Below are positions 28,501-43,500 of a stretch of DNA of 64,000 nucleotides, in pieces (positions within the stretch are counted from its first letter, which is position 1; every line of letters starts with the position of its first letter). The stretch is from Oopsacas minuta (taxonomy: Eukaryota > Animalia > Porifera), in NCBI GenBank assembly GCA_024704765.1, contig JAKMXF010000055.1, positions 757,400 through 821,399 of the forward strand. The letters run 5' to 3'. The position numbers and the translations under genes were made by a program. Below the pieces are notes generated by a model. That model was not told the origin of the DNA and did no database searches. It was given only the letters and a program-made list of their open reading frames with translations.

Positions 28501-31500
28501 AATTATCCAACATAGATTAGAACATGGCCCACAAAATGCAACTTATCGTTCACCAGAAGTTCAGAATTTGTTCCTAAATATCATGGGTGACATGCTTAGA
28601 ATAAAAATTTGTGATTGTGTACGGAAAGCGAATTCATTTTCGCTGCTTACAGACGAATCAAAAGATGAAAGCAAGAAGGAGAAACTGGCTATCATTGTTA
28701 GGTACGTTGACGACAAAGCAAACGTTGATGAGAGATTCCTTACTTTCGTGGACGCAACTAGTCTAACTGCTGAGAGATTGATAACTAACCTAATATCCAC
28801 TCTCAATAAACATGGGTTGGATCATGCTTGCATCGTATCTCAAGGATATGATGGAGTTGCTGTCATGAGTGGAAACTGTCACGATGTGCAGCAGCGAATG
28901 AAAGAAATATATCCCTATGCAATGTACATCCATTGCTATGCACACAAACTAAACTTAGTTCTCGTTGACTGCGCAAAGAAGATTCAATTTGCTTGTGATT
29001 TATTCTTATTGCTTGAGGCTCTCTATGTATTCATTTCTTCCTCTAAAGCACATACGATCTTCGTGTCAATGCAAAAGGAGCTTCACCCAGAGAAGCAAGA
29101 CGTCAGCTACCCAAGCTATCAGATACAAGATGGACCTGCAGGCAAGCTTCTGTTAATGCGATTAGCCGCACTTATGATTCGTGGATTGCTACCTTGGAAG
29201 AAGTTTCTGGTGGAATAAATGGAGATAATGCTGTTAAGGCAATAGGCCTTCTTCTTCAGATCAAAAGTTTTAAGTTTTTGCTATTACTCATCTTGTTTAA
29301 TAGAATACTGACCTGCACTAAGAGTTTATCAGACTATCTGCAGTCTCCACAAGTTAATTTGGCTACCGCAACTGATTTAGTTTCATCAACAGTGTCAACA
29401 CTCGGATATTTTCGTACCAATGAAGAATGGGAAAAGATATTCAGATATTCTGAGAACGTAGCCAGATCCAATAATATAGATTGCAAAATATCAGGAACCA
29501 AGACAGAGACGACTTCCTCAACACTTGAATGATTTCACCGTCTTTGCACCTACTGGAACAAGGGAATCCTTTTCAAACATTCAGAAATATAAAGTTAATC
29601 TCTATTTTCCTATATTGGACACTTTCCTGGAAGAGCTAAATCATCGTTTTAGTAAAGGAAGCACAGACATTATGATGGCAATACATTCATTTGATCCGCA
29701 ATCAGAATACTTTATAGATCCAATTCGAATGGAATCTTTCGCGCCCTTTTACAATCTTGTATACGAATCACTGTGTATGGAATCAATATTAGCAAAGCGC
29801 ACCCTAGGAAATGCAGAGATGAAAAGTATTCATGATTTATTCCTTAAACTCCTACCATTAAGGGATGCATTCCAGACTTTGTTGAATGCTACCCAGATTT
29901 CCCTAACTATTTCCATAAGCACAGCGCAATGTGAGAGATCATTTTCAGCACTCAAAAGGATAAAGACTTATCTTAGGTCGACAATGAGTGAACAGCGGGA
30001 CACTGATCTTGCCATTATTGCAATTGTAAAGGAGCTGACGAGTCAGTAATCTCTAGATGATGTCGTTACTAAATTCGGTGAATTACATAAAAATAGGAGA
30101 AAAATTTTAGCATAAATAGATGCATGTGTTTCATTGTATTACACAGTGACGTATATAATTGATTATTGGTTGGCAATTAGTAGTTACTGATATAATAATT
30201 CCAAGGCCTAATAAAAAGCACTTTATGTTGAGTATAGTGCCCGGGCAATCATGTTGGGCTGGCTACGCCACTGCTCAAGTTATAAAGGTTGAGAGGACCA
30301 TAGCTCCATAGGAAGACATTTCATAGGGACATCAAATAGGACATTTTAGAACATATACAGAAACACTTGCCATATGAAATGCTTCCCAACAGATTTCACT
30401 AAAGAACCAGACAGTGGAACTTCGTTAATACCAACAACCAAGAACTGGTAAAATTTGTTGGACCATCCGGAGTTCGTATCATCAAAAGTAAACAATATCC
30501 GAGTAATGCCTTGGGTAGATATCGAAAGGGTAGGAATTTATGGGAATAGATCTATTGCAGATCTGTAGACATCACATTATCAACCCATTAAATTCGAAAT
30601 TATCCAAGGTGTAGTAAAATGAGTAGACGTTTAGATAAGTTTGCAATTTCCTGATTCACTAGGGACCATGTAAGACTTGTAAGAATATACAATTATATTT
30701 CAATAATGTTTAGTATCATAGGCAATACAAAACAACATATTTGTGGAAATTATCCGGCTTCACACACTCTTGAAATATGTGTGTGTGTTCACGCATTTTC
30801 TCAGAGATGCCTAGACCGATTCGAACCAAATTTTGTGTATCGACCAATTAGTGCTCAATCTTTCCAAATAAGAAATATTTTCGAATCGAACCATTTTTGG
30901 ACAAGATATGGGAGTTATTCACAGTCCAACAGCAATGAGAAAAATTTTTGGTGACTCAGAATTCAGCCCAATTTTCGAGTATACTTGATTTGCTGATATC
31001 AATACTATCATTTGTTTTCCTCCAACAGCTCTAGTTTTTGAGATTGAATATATTTCCTTAAATACTGATTCGCTTTTAATGTAGGCTTAATTTAGGATAT
31101 TACCCTAATTAAATTATGTTTCTTTAGTAAATCAAAACAATTTTGCGCCTGACCTAAATCGTGAAATATTGCATCTTTTAATTATTTTATACCCATATCA
31201 TACATACTTAATTTTTTGAATATAATGGAAATCATATAATATTGATTTCGATTTCAAATACTTAGTGGATATTATTGTATGACATGGCTTCGTCTGGAAG
31301 AAATTGTTTGAATAACCTAAATGTTTCTGCTATATTTGTGGTAGCTATACTATGAGAGAACAGCGAAAACCGATTTCTTAATTGTTAAGAAGGTATATCT
31401 TGGATATTTTGGAGTCAGGTTTGGAGACTAAGATAAATTATGGGCCCCGCACATAGTATGTAGAACTTGTACAAGCATCTCCGGCAATGGACTGTTTGTA

Positions 31501-34500
31501 AGAGAACAAGTCTGAAGTTTGGTATACCAATGGTTAGGAGGGAGCCAAAAAACCATTATGATGATTGTTACTTATGTATTCCCAACATCAAGGACATCAA
31601 TTGTAAGAATATGTGTAATTTGACATATCTTAACCTAGAGTCAGCGAGACGACCAGTTCCACACTTAGATAAGGTGCCCATTCCGGCTTCGAAGCTTCAT
31701 CTAAATGATTCAGATATTCTTCAAGAAGCAGAAGTTAATTCAAGTGATAGCGATCTTGAAGACCCTTTATTGATGGTCCCTCAACGTTTTGATCAACTCG
31801 AACTGAATAATCAGATGAGGCTGACCTCTGGAAAGAATCTTCTGGGATACTGGCATCTGGGTTGAATGACCAAAATTTACTTCATCCTGGAACCAAGATT
31901 ACATATTCATAACGGAGAGCAGTCATTACTCCCGTATTTTTCTAACAACAACAGTCTAGTTTGGTGCAATGATGTGCAGGTCTTTTAGGAGAAATGGGGG
32001 TCAGAATACACGCTAAATGAATGGCGCAGTTTTATCGAGTGTTCTACTTGGAGTTTGAAATGTGTTTTACTCCATAATGAGAACAAATATGCTTCCATTC
32101 CAATTGGTCACTCGACCTTTATGAAGGAGGAGAATTAGCCAACCAAACTGGTTAGGAAAAACTGAAATATCATGTTCATCAATGGGTAATTTGTGTTGAC
32201 TTAAAGGTGGTTAATTTCCTCCTTCGCCAGCAAAGTGGCTACACAAAATATCAATGCTTCCTTTGTCTTTGGGGTTGCCAAGCAAGAAATGACCACTGGG
32301 CAAGAAAAGATTGGTCCTTAAGAAAGAATATGGTAGTGGGAGAAATGAACATCATTAACAAACCTCTAATTACAAACAAGGAAAGATCATTCTTCCACCA
32401 CTGCATATCAAACTGGGCCTCATGAAACAATTTGTCAAAGCTCTAAATAAAGATGGTTCCTGCTTCCATTATCTATGCAGTTCATTTCTTGAACTTAGCA
32501 CCGAAAAGCTCAAAGCTGGAATATTTGATGGCCCCCAAGATCTGAAAGCTCATTGAAGATACATGTTTTATTAGTTCCATGAATGACACTAAATCTGGAG
32601 CTTGGTCCACATTTCTATTTGTTACACAAATTTGGGCAACTACAAAGCTGAAAATTACGCTGAATTAGTAGGCACCATGCTCTCGAAAATCAATAATCTT
32701 TGCTGTAAGATGAGCATCAAGGTTCATTACCTCCATAACCATTTAGATAATTTCCCGGAAAACCTTGGTGACCTAAGTGAAGAACAAGGAGAAAGGTTCC
32801 ATCAAGACGTCAGGGTAATAGAAGAGAGGTACCAGGGAAGGTGAGATATTCACATGATTGGAGATTACTGCTGGAGTCTTCAGTGAGATTGCCCAGGCAA
32901 ATCTCACTCAAGGGTGTCCCGGAAAAGACGCTTTTTAGGCGTTGATTGATTGTTTTTACTGTTTATGGAATTTTCTAGAGCCATTATTTATCTTGTGATA
33001 ACGTTTATGCTAATGGCAAAAAGTTCTTAACTTTTATATTAGCATATGTATGTATTATAGTAATTAATTAGTTCAGGTCAATCGCGGATACATTTCAAAA
33101 ACAAGAACTGATTGATCAAAACCGAGGGCGTTTTTCGAATCTACGTACAAAATGTACGGAAAAGAGTCAAAATTCCAAGGCACCAAAATACACGTTACCA
33201 GTGTTCTCAAAGAATAATTAGATACTGAATTTCCTTGAATATACGACAGTTGAATAAGCGACTACACAACTAGTGAATAAAATATAATGTTACCCCCATA
33301 TTCATTTGCAAATTCAATTTCATGTTACAATTTGGATAGTCAAACTCCCAAAGCTGTTGTTATTCTAATAAATGCGCCATCCTTTATCTCTAGTGCAGGT
33401 TTCCCAAACACTCGAGGGCTATGGTCAGACGTTTTAGAAATTTTGTACCATGACAACACGCAGAATGAAATATTTGGTGAGGTTTTGCAATGTTTGGTCA
33501 AGTTTGGACATGTGGGTCAAAGTTTGGTCAAATTGTTTATCGAGATAGTAAACAAACATCCAAAATACAAAATCTCTGCGACCACAGTGTGGTAAAGTTT
33601 GGTCATATGACATCAGGTTAGGAAACCCTGAACTAGTGTTAGTCAAAAACAGGAAAAATTTGGATAACATTTTGTGATGTTTGGTTAAGTTTTGTTGTAA
33701 CCAGCATCGAAGGTTGCTATAAACAAAAACCCGAGAAACAAGGTGATCTGCGAAACCAATTAGTTGATTTCTATATATCATTATATGTTGTTCGTAAGAA
33801 AGACCCTTTTCTGATGATTCTATCAAAGGGTGAATTTATGAAACAAGGTCATTTCATAAATTCACTTTCAAATTATAGTTACAATATTTATAGATCCACA
33901 AGGCATCAAAGAATGACATATATTGACAAAGTCAATGCTAAATAGACACAGGAGCACCACCAGAGGTGGACAAAGGGAAGAGCTGCCTCTACAGGGCTGA
34001 TTCGTGCACCACTACGGGGGTCCAGGATTAAAAGACCAAAATTCAAGGTGTGAATGTGATTAGTTTAATGGTCACTCTCGAATCAAATTGGGAGAATGGT
34101 TCTATACACCTTGAACCAAACCCTATAAAACTACACACTATGCATATCTCTCAGGTTTAAGGAATACAATAAATCAACCTGTCATATTTGATATTCTTCA
34201 TGAAAAATAACAAATCTAAAAGGAAATATAGAACTACAATTTTTGTGTACAGCCATAGCAGTCAATGTATGTGACCTCTATCCCTCAATGGGGGCCACAT
34301 AGCCCCTTGGACTTTGGCGAGAATACAAGAACATGAGAAGTTTTTTCTAGCTCGCAAAGCTCGCTAATGTAGAATAAAAAATACCAGCTACCATATACAA
34401 TCCATCAATTACTAAAAGCTTAGATATGAATTATCAAACGTATATAATTAAATTATGCAAAAAAGTACTATCATGCTAAATTCGAATAAACGTAATAATT

Positions 34501-37500
34501 AAACTTTCTACAATAAAAGTTGTCAAGGGATTCCAGGAAGCCATACAATTCGGATAAGTCCTGAAATCTACTTAAAATTGATCTAATCATTGTTCAATGA
34601 TGTTTATGATAATGAAAACACAATAGCCAAGCACTAAATTAAATCCCTGAACGTTCGACCAGGTATGAAATTCTGTAATAATAATAACTATTAGGAACAA
34701 TTTCTTGATTTAGTGGAAAATTCAAAATATGTCGTTTTAAAAAGAATCACAAATATAAAACTACTTTTATTTGGTTTGATTTTCGAGTGGTAACCTGTGT
34801 ATGATACACGTACAAACGAATTCGGAAAAGATCTATTTAATTTATCTTCCTTTGCTTTCGATGACACGCTATATTCTACCAGGTAGGGCCCTATTCCAGC
34901 AAATAGATGGTTTAGGGTCAAGGCAAATCTGAGTTTCGGTTGGATTGTCTCAAGTGCTGAGGAACCTCACTCACATAAATATATTCAGAGAAACTGAGGA
35001 ATTGCTTCATTACTAACTCACTGTACTATTAAATTTTGTGAGGATGTACTTGCATAGATGCAATACCTATGGAATTCGTCATCCCATGTCATTGAGGGGG
35101 CAGTTTGGTGGAGATTGGGGTAGTGTACCCATTCTTTGAACGACAAAACTTCTAGCAATCAAAATGAATGGGATCATAAAACCACCAAGGAAATTATCAT
35201 CCGAATAATATTTTGTAAGTCCTTTGTAATTCCATGCACAGTGTACATTTCCTCAACTTTACTTGAGAGGTCGATCCATAACAATTTCGATCTCTAGCTA
35301 CGGTCGCTCGTATTATTAGATTAGAGGGGACAAAATTAGAGAATGAATGAAAATGTGGAAATATTTTGTGTCGAGTTATGTCCTGGGCGATGACTAAATT
35401 TAAATATTTTCGTGCATTATTTGGAAGTAATTTTCGAATAATCACAAATATATAATTATGGATGTTAGATACAGTAGTTATGCTAAAAAGGATCCATGGA
35501 CATGTTGCTAGTAGGATCACTATTTCGCATTCAGACGCTGATCATTGATTACTAGCAAATTAGAAAATGAAAATCCAACCCTTGTCAGGCCTGTTCCTGT
35601 AGATTTCTCTTTCTTAAACCCTAAATATTTCTAGCGTTAGCCATTCTATTTAGAGCACTATTTATAAAACAACATGGTCACAATAATCCTGCTCAACGAT
35701 AATCTATGTAATTGAAATGGAAATATAATTAACACAATATCCGTGTATAATTCGAGCGAGTAATCCATCCATCAGTCTCACCTCTGCCATCAATGTATAT
35801 AATACCGGCACATACCGTGTAAATCGCTTTCACTATATCCACCATCTACAAAAATTATAACAAAATCACTGATTGTAAGTTATAGACTTCTACTGAAGGC
35901 TTTGTAGGAAATTTTCACTCTGATATCAGTGGTGAATGTATTTTGGTTACAAGAACATCGTCTGGAACTACAGTAAAGTACGCTTAATAGAGTCACGGTT
36001 GAACCGAGTCGCTTCGCCAGATACAGAACCATGCAAATTGTGTTAAATAACACTGTTTAATCGGGTCAACACCAATATTCCGCTTAATCGGGTCAAAATG
36101 GACACGTACCAAAGTGATCCTATTAAGCGGAGACTGCGTATATTTGCATAGCAGCCAAGTTTGGATACCTAGGGGGGGTTCTGAAGTTTCTGGACTCCCC
36201 ATGCTTTAAGGAAGAGACTGTATTCATGTGAAATTTACATAGAAGTGGCAGCGAATTTCGTTTGGTAACATCCCAAGTTCGATTTTGTTTACTACTAATG
36301 GTGCCATTGTCTATTTATGATGTTCGCATAATTTACAAGTATTCATAACCGTTGCTCTGATTTCGGACCTGGAGGAAAGGATTTTGAAGTGGTCCAGTTA
36401 GGCAATAGCAGCCCTAGAAAATGGTCCATTAAAATCTCACGAAACTTAACAGTACTAAAACTAAAGCACCAGAAGTGCCTTAAAGACAGGATCTCGCCGG
36501 ATAGATTATGCATATACTGTATTCAAGTTTGAAATAGCAGGAATTGGTTGTGTTCTATTGTGTGGATATTTGAAATTCTTGCAGGACGTGGTGAGTGTAG
36601 ATACAGTCTTGCTTCTAGGGTAACAAAAATCCCCCACCTGTTTAATATCTATTAAAACCTGGTGTATTTGAGGCACTGGACTACATAAATATTTTAATTA
36701 AGTAGATTCAGTATACTCTGGCTGTCCAACCCATCGTTTATTTATTTCTATATCTGATTCCTTATATGTATAGGTTAGGTATAATACAGTTTTCGTAATA
36801 ATACAAAAACATCATATCCTCAATCGAAATGGTGACTTTCATTAATCTGAAAACATGACCACACCTTGATGATAGAAACGCTAATACAAGAAAACTACAC
36901 TTAGTACTAGGGCGTTCAATAAATCACCGGATGATATCATAGAATATGATACAAACACTAGAGATACACACTAATTCACTATATTATTTATTCAAAGTAA
37001 TCCCCTTCCACAGATACACAAAGTTTTAAGGCTCCACCCACTTGTAAACACATTTCTGTACTCTTCTTCGGGGATGGATTTGAAGTACTGGTACAGGCCA
37101 GTTCCGAGTGCTTGTAATTTGTTAAAATCTTTGCCTTGAAGGTGGATTTTAAGCTTGGGAATAGCGAAAAATCACACGAGCTAGGTCTGGTGAGTATAGT
37201 GGATGGGGAGGTAATTCTAACCCTTCTACGTCCATGAAATCTTTGGTAAGCTTAGTTGTATGGGAACTGGAGTTATCAATTACAATTTTCATTCTTCGAG
37301 TTCCTGTTTTTCAGGCGGTACTTTTCTATATTTTTAATCAAATTTGGAAGCACTTGCTTTGTAAAGAAAGTAGCAGTAACAGCCTTGCCACTCTCACAAG
37401 GTAATTGCAAGACAATTCCATGACTACTGAAGAAGATGGTATACATTATCTTAGGTTTTCTGAAGTCGGGGCTAGGAATTTCGCCGGTTGTTCGTCGCCC

Positions 37501-40500
37501 CTCACCAATGATCGCTTCTCATATTTGCTATATGGTGTTGAATCGTAGACCGAGGTCTCGTCACAAGTAATAATCTCTGTTAGGCGTCTAGAATCGCAGT
37601 TCTCACAAGTTTCAAGAGTTTCTTGGCAATATTCAGTCGTGCCAACCTTTGATTCTCACTGAGCTTATGCGAGACCCATTTCCCACAAATCGATCGGTAG
37701 CCAAGCTCAATTGTCAGAATTGTATGAATAGCTCCCGATGAAATCTCCATACTTTGTTCTAACTGATTGACCGTAATGCACTTGTCTTCCATGACCATAC
37801 TTTCAATGAGTGCGATATTCTCTGAAGTGGTGGCGGATACCGGTCTTCCAGATCGAGGAAAATCTGTGACATCAGCATCACCAGATCTAAAACGGCCAGT
37901 CCATCGCTGTACTGCTGATCTGGAAGGGCAATCCACACACAATATCTCCTGTAACTCGCTGAAGATCTGTACGGGCTGGATCTTGAGTATTGTGCGAAAC
38001 TCTATGTAAGCTCGCCATTTGAGATTGAAATTATCATCCTTTCAAGCCATAAATTCTACAGTGGGAATAAATTGATTATACGCAACTATCTCAAAAATTC
38101 ATAATTTGTATTGAATAAGCTTGAAACTTTCAGTATATGGAGTTTAGCTATATGGGCTTATAATACATGAATGTTAGACATTTTACTTGACTAATTCCTA
38201 AGATATATCATGACCCGCATGAATTATTGAACCACCTGATATTGCACTGTATATGTTGTTTGTTTCTTTCTCTACTGTTTGCATATTGTTCACCACTGTT
38301 TGCTTACTCATATGCCCTATCAATGGTTATCTCCAGGTCCTCCAGTCGGGTATAAATGAGTTTTTGTGGGAGAATTGATCCCAAATTGTGTAAGCACTTG
38401 ATAACTAGACTTATAACATTACATAAGTAAATATAATTTCGTCCCTAGTCACATAGATAAGAGAGCTCGCTCCCACATCCGATCATACTCAGAAATGGAG
38501 CGCACTACGGTTCTCGCTCCAATCGCTCTCCTTCTCATTCTTTCAGAATTTCATGAGATTCGTATTGTAAGAAATCAGGATTGAATTTGAGAGTTAACAA
38601 TTATTTTAACAATTGTATATTCGGGAAATCACAAAATGTACAACGTCAAACCATTTCAATAATTTTTGAATTATACAAAAGTCTCCCAGTATCCACTTTA
38701 TATAGTAAGAATACTAAATTTTATGCAGAATAGCGATGAAATTCAAAAATTGTTTGCAATTAAATTGGAGCGCACTCCTTCAAATATCGAGCTCCGGTCC
38801 ACTTTCCTCTCCTGAATCATAAATCGAGCGCGCTCCAGGTCCAGTTCCTCAAAATTGCAGGGCGCTCCTTTGATGCTCTGCAACAAGCGTATCTCTGAAG
38901 TATAATGTTACGCCCCACAAGCAGTGAACAATGAAAGGACAAACTATAGAAATACTTCGATAACTGTAAAAATGAAGATAAATAACCCAACATAGAATAT
39001 ATATATATGAGTCCTTTTAGCTTATTAACTTTTACTGCCTACTTGAGAGGTGCACAACAACTAAATGCATCAAATCGTAACTCTACAAATCAAGATTATG
39101 CAAGGATCATATGATCATATAATTTGAGTATCAATTTCTACATAATTAACATTGGTAATATTTAATCTATTTTGGGATATATGGAAACTAAAATGTTATG
39201 ACATAATTGAAATTACATAGTACAGCCAAGGGACAAAAGTATTCGACCACACAAATATATTGTCATAAATTGTATACTCTTTCTCGCCCCTATATATTGT
39301 GCAGTCTATATTCGTAGCTGCAATCTAGTACTTTGCATAGGATAACATATGTTTTTCAAGAGTTTCAAAAAAATTTTTGATTTACACTCTTTGAAGGTGT
39401 TGATTGTTAACAATTATTAGATAATTATTGACAATCAAAACATGTGGTAATCCAATACCTACTAAGAATCTATAATTTCTGACTTCATATTTAGATTCTA
39501 TGTAAGTGAGTTACCCCAGATTAAAATTTTAATGGGATTGAACTATTTTTGCCAAAGTCATAGAAGAATTTTAATTTGTTCCATTTGTGCCACCTTTTGC
39601 CCAAGGTGGCACAAGTGCCCGCTACTAAGAGGCTATTTTGTAATTCAAGGGTTAACATAGTTATATCATTCTAAAATATTACTTTGACTTATTCCTCCTA
39701 ACCCTAGTTGATTTCCTTGTAGTGGCGCTTTGTCCTGCTACCTGTGGCACTTCTTGCAAGAGGTGGCACAAGTGTTACAAGTGTCACAAATTGAAGTTAT
39801 TCTATAACTAGGCAAAAATTGTCCAATCCATTGAAATTTTTAATCTGGGGTAACTCGCCTACGTAGAATTCAAATATCAAGTCTGAAATTTTAGATTCTT
39901 AATAGGTTTTGAATTACCACATATTTTGACTATCAATAATTATCTAATGATTATTAATAAATAATTAACACATACAAAAAGTGTAAATCGAAAAGAATTT
40001 TTTGAAATTCCTGAAAAACATATGTTATTCTATGCAAATTACTAGATTACTGCTACGAATATGGACTACACATTACATAAGAGCGAGAAAGAGTATACAA
40101 TTTATGACAATATATTTGTGCAGTCGAATACTTTTGTCCCCTGACTGTATACTCTATAATTTTTTGAGTAATACATAATGAGTTAACTGATATCAAACAG
40201 TTGATATCGCAGTAATCTGTTATGTGTCACTATAGTTAGAATGAATTCGAATGCTTCATTAAATTTGTCCGCTTAGTACAAATCGAATAGAGACTCGACT
40301 CTAACAAGACTGCGTTTAAACCTAAATATCAAAAGGTTATGAATATTTTACATAATATTTTTAACACCTGAACTTCCATACAGCAGGAATCTATGCCCAT
40401 GATTGCAGGAAAAAATAATTTGTTCAAGTATACTAAATTCATATGTGAACTACTGTTGATTAGATACACCAATTGCTTTTAGAAAATAAAAGTTAATAAA

Positions 40501-43500
40501 ATATGAATTCATTTTCAGAAACGTCCGCGTACCTATCCTTTCATCCAAATGATCCAAAAATATTTACATTCTGACCATGGGAAGTTAGTCAAATTAATGG
40601 TTGAAGTACTGCTGGTCGAATATTCAGCCACTTCACACTCGCACAATAAAGATATATTAGGAATAGGAATATGAAACTATACAGAAATATACAGTCAATA
40701 TACGAATAGTTTCGAATTCGCACAAACTGTAAATATATGTCAGTTGAATGAATGAGATAAGTTTTAGGCTACACTATATCACGAATTGTATATAGAACTT
40801 CTACAAATCCATTCTGAATCCTACAATAATTTAGAATTTCTTAGATAGATTCATCGAATTATTTACTTATATATTCATCATTAAGTTTCTTACTAGAATT
40901 AGTAGACCTGACTTCCTATCAATAAACTTCTCAAGTATCGAGGGGCGAATCCTATTCCATAAATTTTCCAAATATTTCCGAGATGTGTAAAATTTAGAGC
41001 AGAGTTTCTCTTATCTAGCTCTGCTTGCATGATAGACCAAAGAATTTCGATGGGATGTAAATCGGGAAGTTACTTGGCCAAACACCTTTCTCTCAAAAGA
41101 CAGGTTGATGCTCTGAAAGGCATTTCTGCGTCCTTATGGCTGTATGGGTAAGGGAGGAATCTTGCATGAAAATTGTGTCAGACATCTTTCGACACATTTT
41201 CCTTTGGGTAAGTGGGCTAGTAATTATGCACTTAAAGGTAGGGGAACAACACTTCTCCAGGATATCAGTAAAATAGTATTCAGTATTCACTGAGCGTTTG
41301 GGGGATGAAGTGTAGTTCTGATAGCCCTGATCGTCTAATCATTCCCCAGACCATCATTTTCGTGGGTCTTTGACTGATTCAACTGGGGCAATGTTGTGCG
41401 GATTAATGTCCCAAACACGTTCATTCTACAAATTAGCTGGATGGAAAGCTCAAAAGGGCTTTCAATCCTAAAAGGAACACTTTTCCAATCACAAGCATTC
41501 CATGTTTTACGTTCCTGACAGAGTTCTAGCCTCTTTAGCTTCTGTTTTTCGGTCAATAACGGGTATGAGGGTCTTCAATAGGCTTCACTCCGATTGTGTC
41601 GTGAATGTGACGGAGAACTGTGTCTCTACTAACGGACATCAAACTAGAAGATATATATTTCGCAAGTTTTCGGGTTGAATTGTAGCGTTTCCCGATTGTT
41701 TTGAATCATATTTTCGAGATCTGGGAAAAGTTCATCGGACGTCAGATCGGGCCTTGTCATCAAGCAAATAACTAGCTCTATGCCTCTTAGACCATTTATG
41801 AAATGCCCGAATTGTGACTCCAAGAGTATAGGCGACTGTTTTCTGTGTTGAACCGGCTTCTATCATACCAATCGCTGGCTCACAAGCAGCAAATCTTGGT
41901 CCCCAGACATCTAGGGAATGAAATTTGTGAGGGTTGAGAACAAATTACGAAAATATGCACTGATTATATATTAAGAAATGAAGTATTTATTATAGCATTG
42001 GACTACTATAGAATAGTAGTAATCTGAAAATGGTCGGTCATTAAACAATATTGTTCGATATATAACTGCCTTGATTGTAGTACTGAGGAGGAAAAACTTT
42101 TGAGACACCCTGTATATATTCAAATATAATTTTCAAAAGTATCAATTACGGCAGAATTCATCTAAATATTCAGCATTAGATATCAGTAGTGACCTGTAGG
42201 GTTCCTACTACGTAGACCTTGATAATAAGTGGCTAGATGATTGTTGGGGGTTGTTAGCAACCCCCAGTGGGAACTACAAGAAGAAATGTAAATTCGCCTC
42301 TATCCTTGAAGACTAGATAACATTATAAATAGAATATCTATTAGTTGATAATTCCGTTGTTGTATGCGTTAGTCTAGTTCCATTTCTTGAAATTTAGGGG
42401 TGTCAAGGCATTGATTAATCGTAAAATTTTGGATACTAGAAATTCGATAGTGATAAATCAAAAATCACTGTTCCCAAGATGACCTTGGCGTATTGAAGTT
42501 TAAAATTTTATCAAGTAGCAGCTGATGGCGAATATATATTAGATCCCCAAGAATATAATTTCAAATCTCATCGTATCAACTCAGCATAAGGTATGTATAA
42601 AGTTGATGGGGCACCAGGGGCGGATCTAGAAGAATCTTGTGGGGGGGTATGCCGCCTACCCAACCGTCAAAATATTCAATTATTGGATTTTCTCTTTTAC
42701 TTGATCATTATCGGTCTAATCTGTTATTTTAACAAATTGTAATTATACTATAACAGCCCGTATATCTCGATTTGTAGTGTTTTAACCAAACATCAACAAA
42801 TATTTTATAGTGATGTATGTATTTTATGCGATTTTTATGTCAGGCTAATCTCCATGACTAATTTAACCAATCTTGACAAGCAGTCTAAGGTACTCCAAAA
42901 TAATTGTGTTCTTAATATAAACATTATGTGTCTGTTCATAGTTTAATATATAATGAGAATTTCTGAAAGTAGTAGCTAAATATTATTCGTAACTATTGGC
43001 GAATCCTATATACATAATATACCTTACTAGTACTAATAATATCATAAATTACGAAATTCATGCGGTGATCTCCTGAAATTGCGAAAGTGTTAATAATTTT
43101 AACCACATCTAATGGAATATCCTTATGAATATACATCAGTGTTAGACCAGTTAGTCTGTCTCCCGTCATTGTGGATCTAAAATAGGATTTAAGGATTTTC
43201 ATAGCGCTAAATGAGCCCTCCGCTAAGCAAGTTGTAATAGGCAGGGTGCAGCAATTTGCAAAATGATTTTCAATTTCGTAAATATTTGTGATAAATACTG
43301 TAATAAATGCAGAATATCTAGTGAATCAGGTAAAGGGATTACAAGGTATGTACTTTATTCACTCTATTGAGTAGCCCTAATGAAGAATTTACCAAAGCTG
43401 GTGGGGGGTATGCATACCCCCTCATAGATCTGCCACTGTGGGGCACATGACTATATTGAGACAACTTTGGAAGATGGAATCTTGCACATCCCTACGTTGT

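Noticed and set aside
33287-33826. Overlapping 102-aa and 130-aa ORFs as a nested gene or extra HTT exon
   Set aside because: No recognisable motif; the DNA has repeated TTTGGTCAA words typical of a repeat relic; the flanking HTT exons already join in phase with continuous homology.
34691-34921. NHLFAGIGPYL resembling a LINE ORF2 segment
   Set aside because: Single short motif; I could not extend it into RT motifs.
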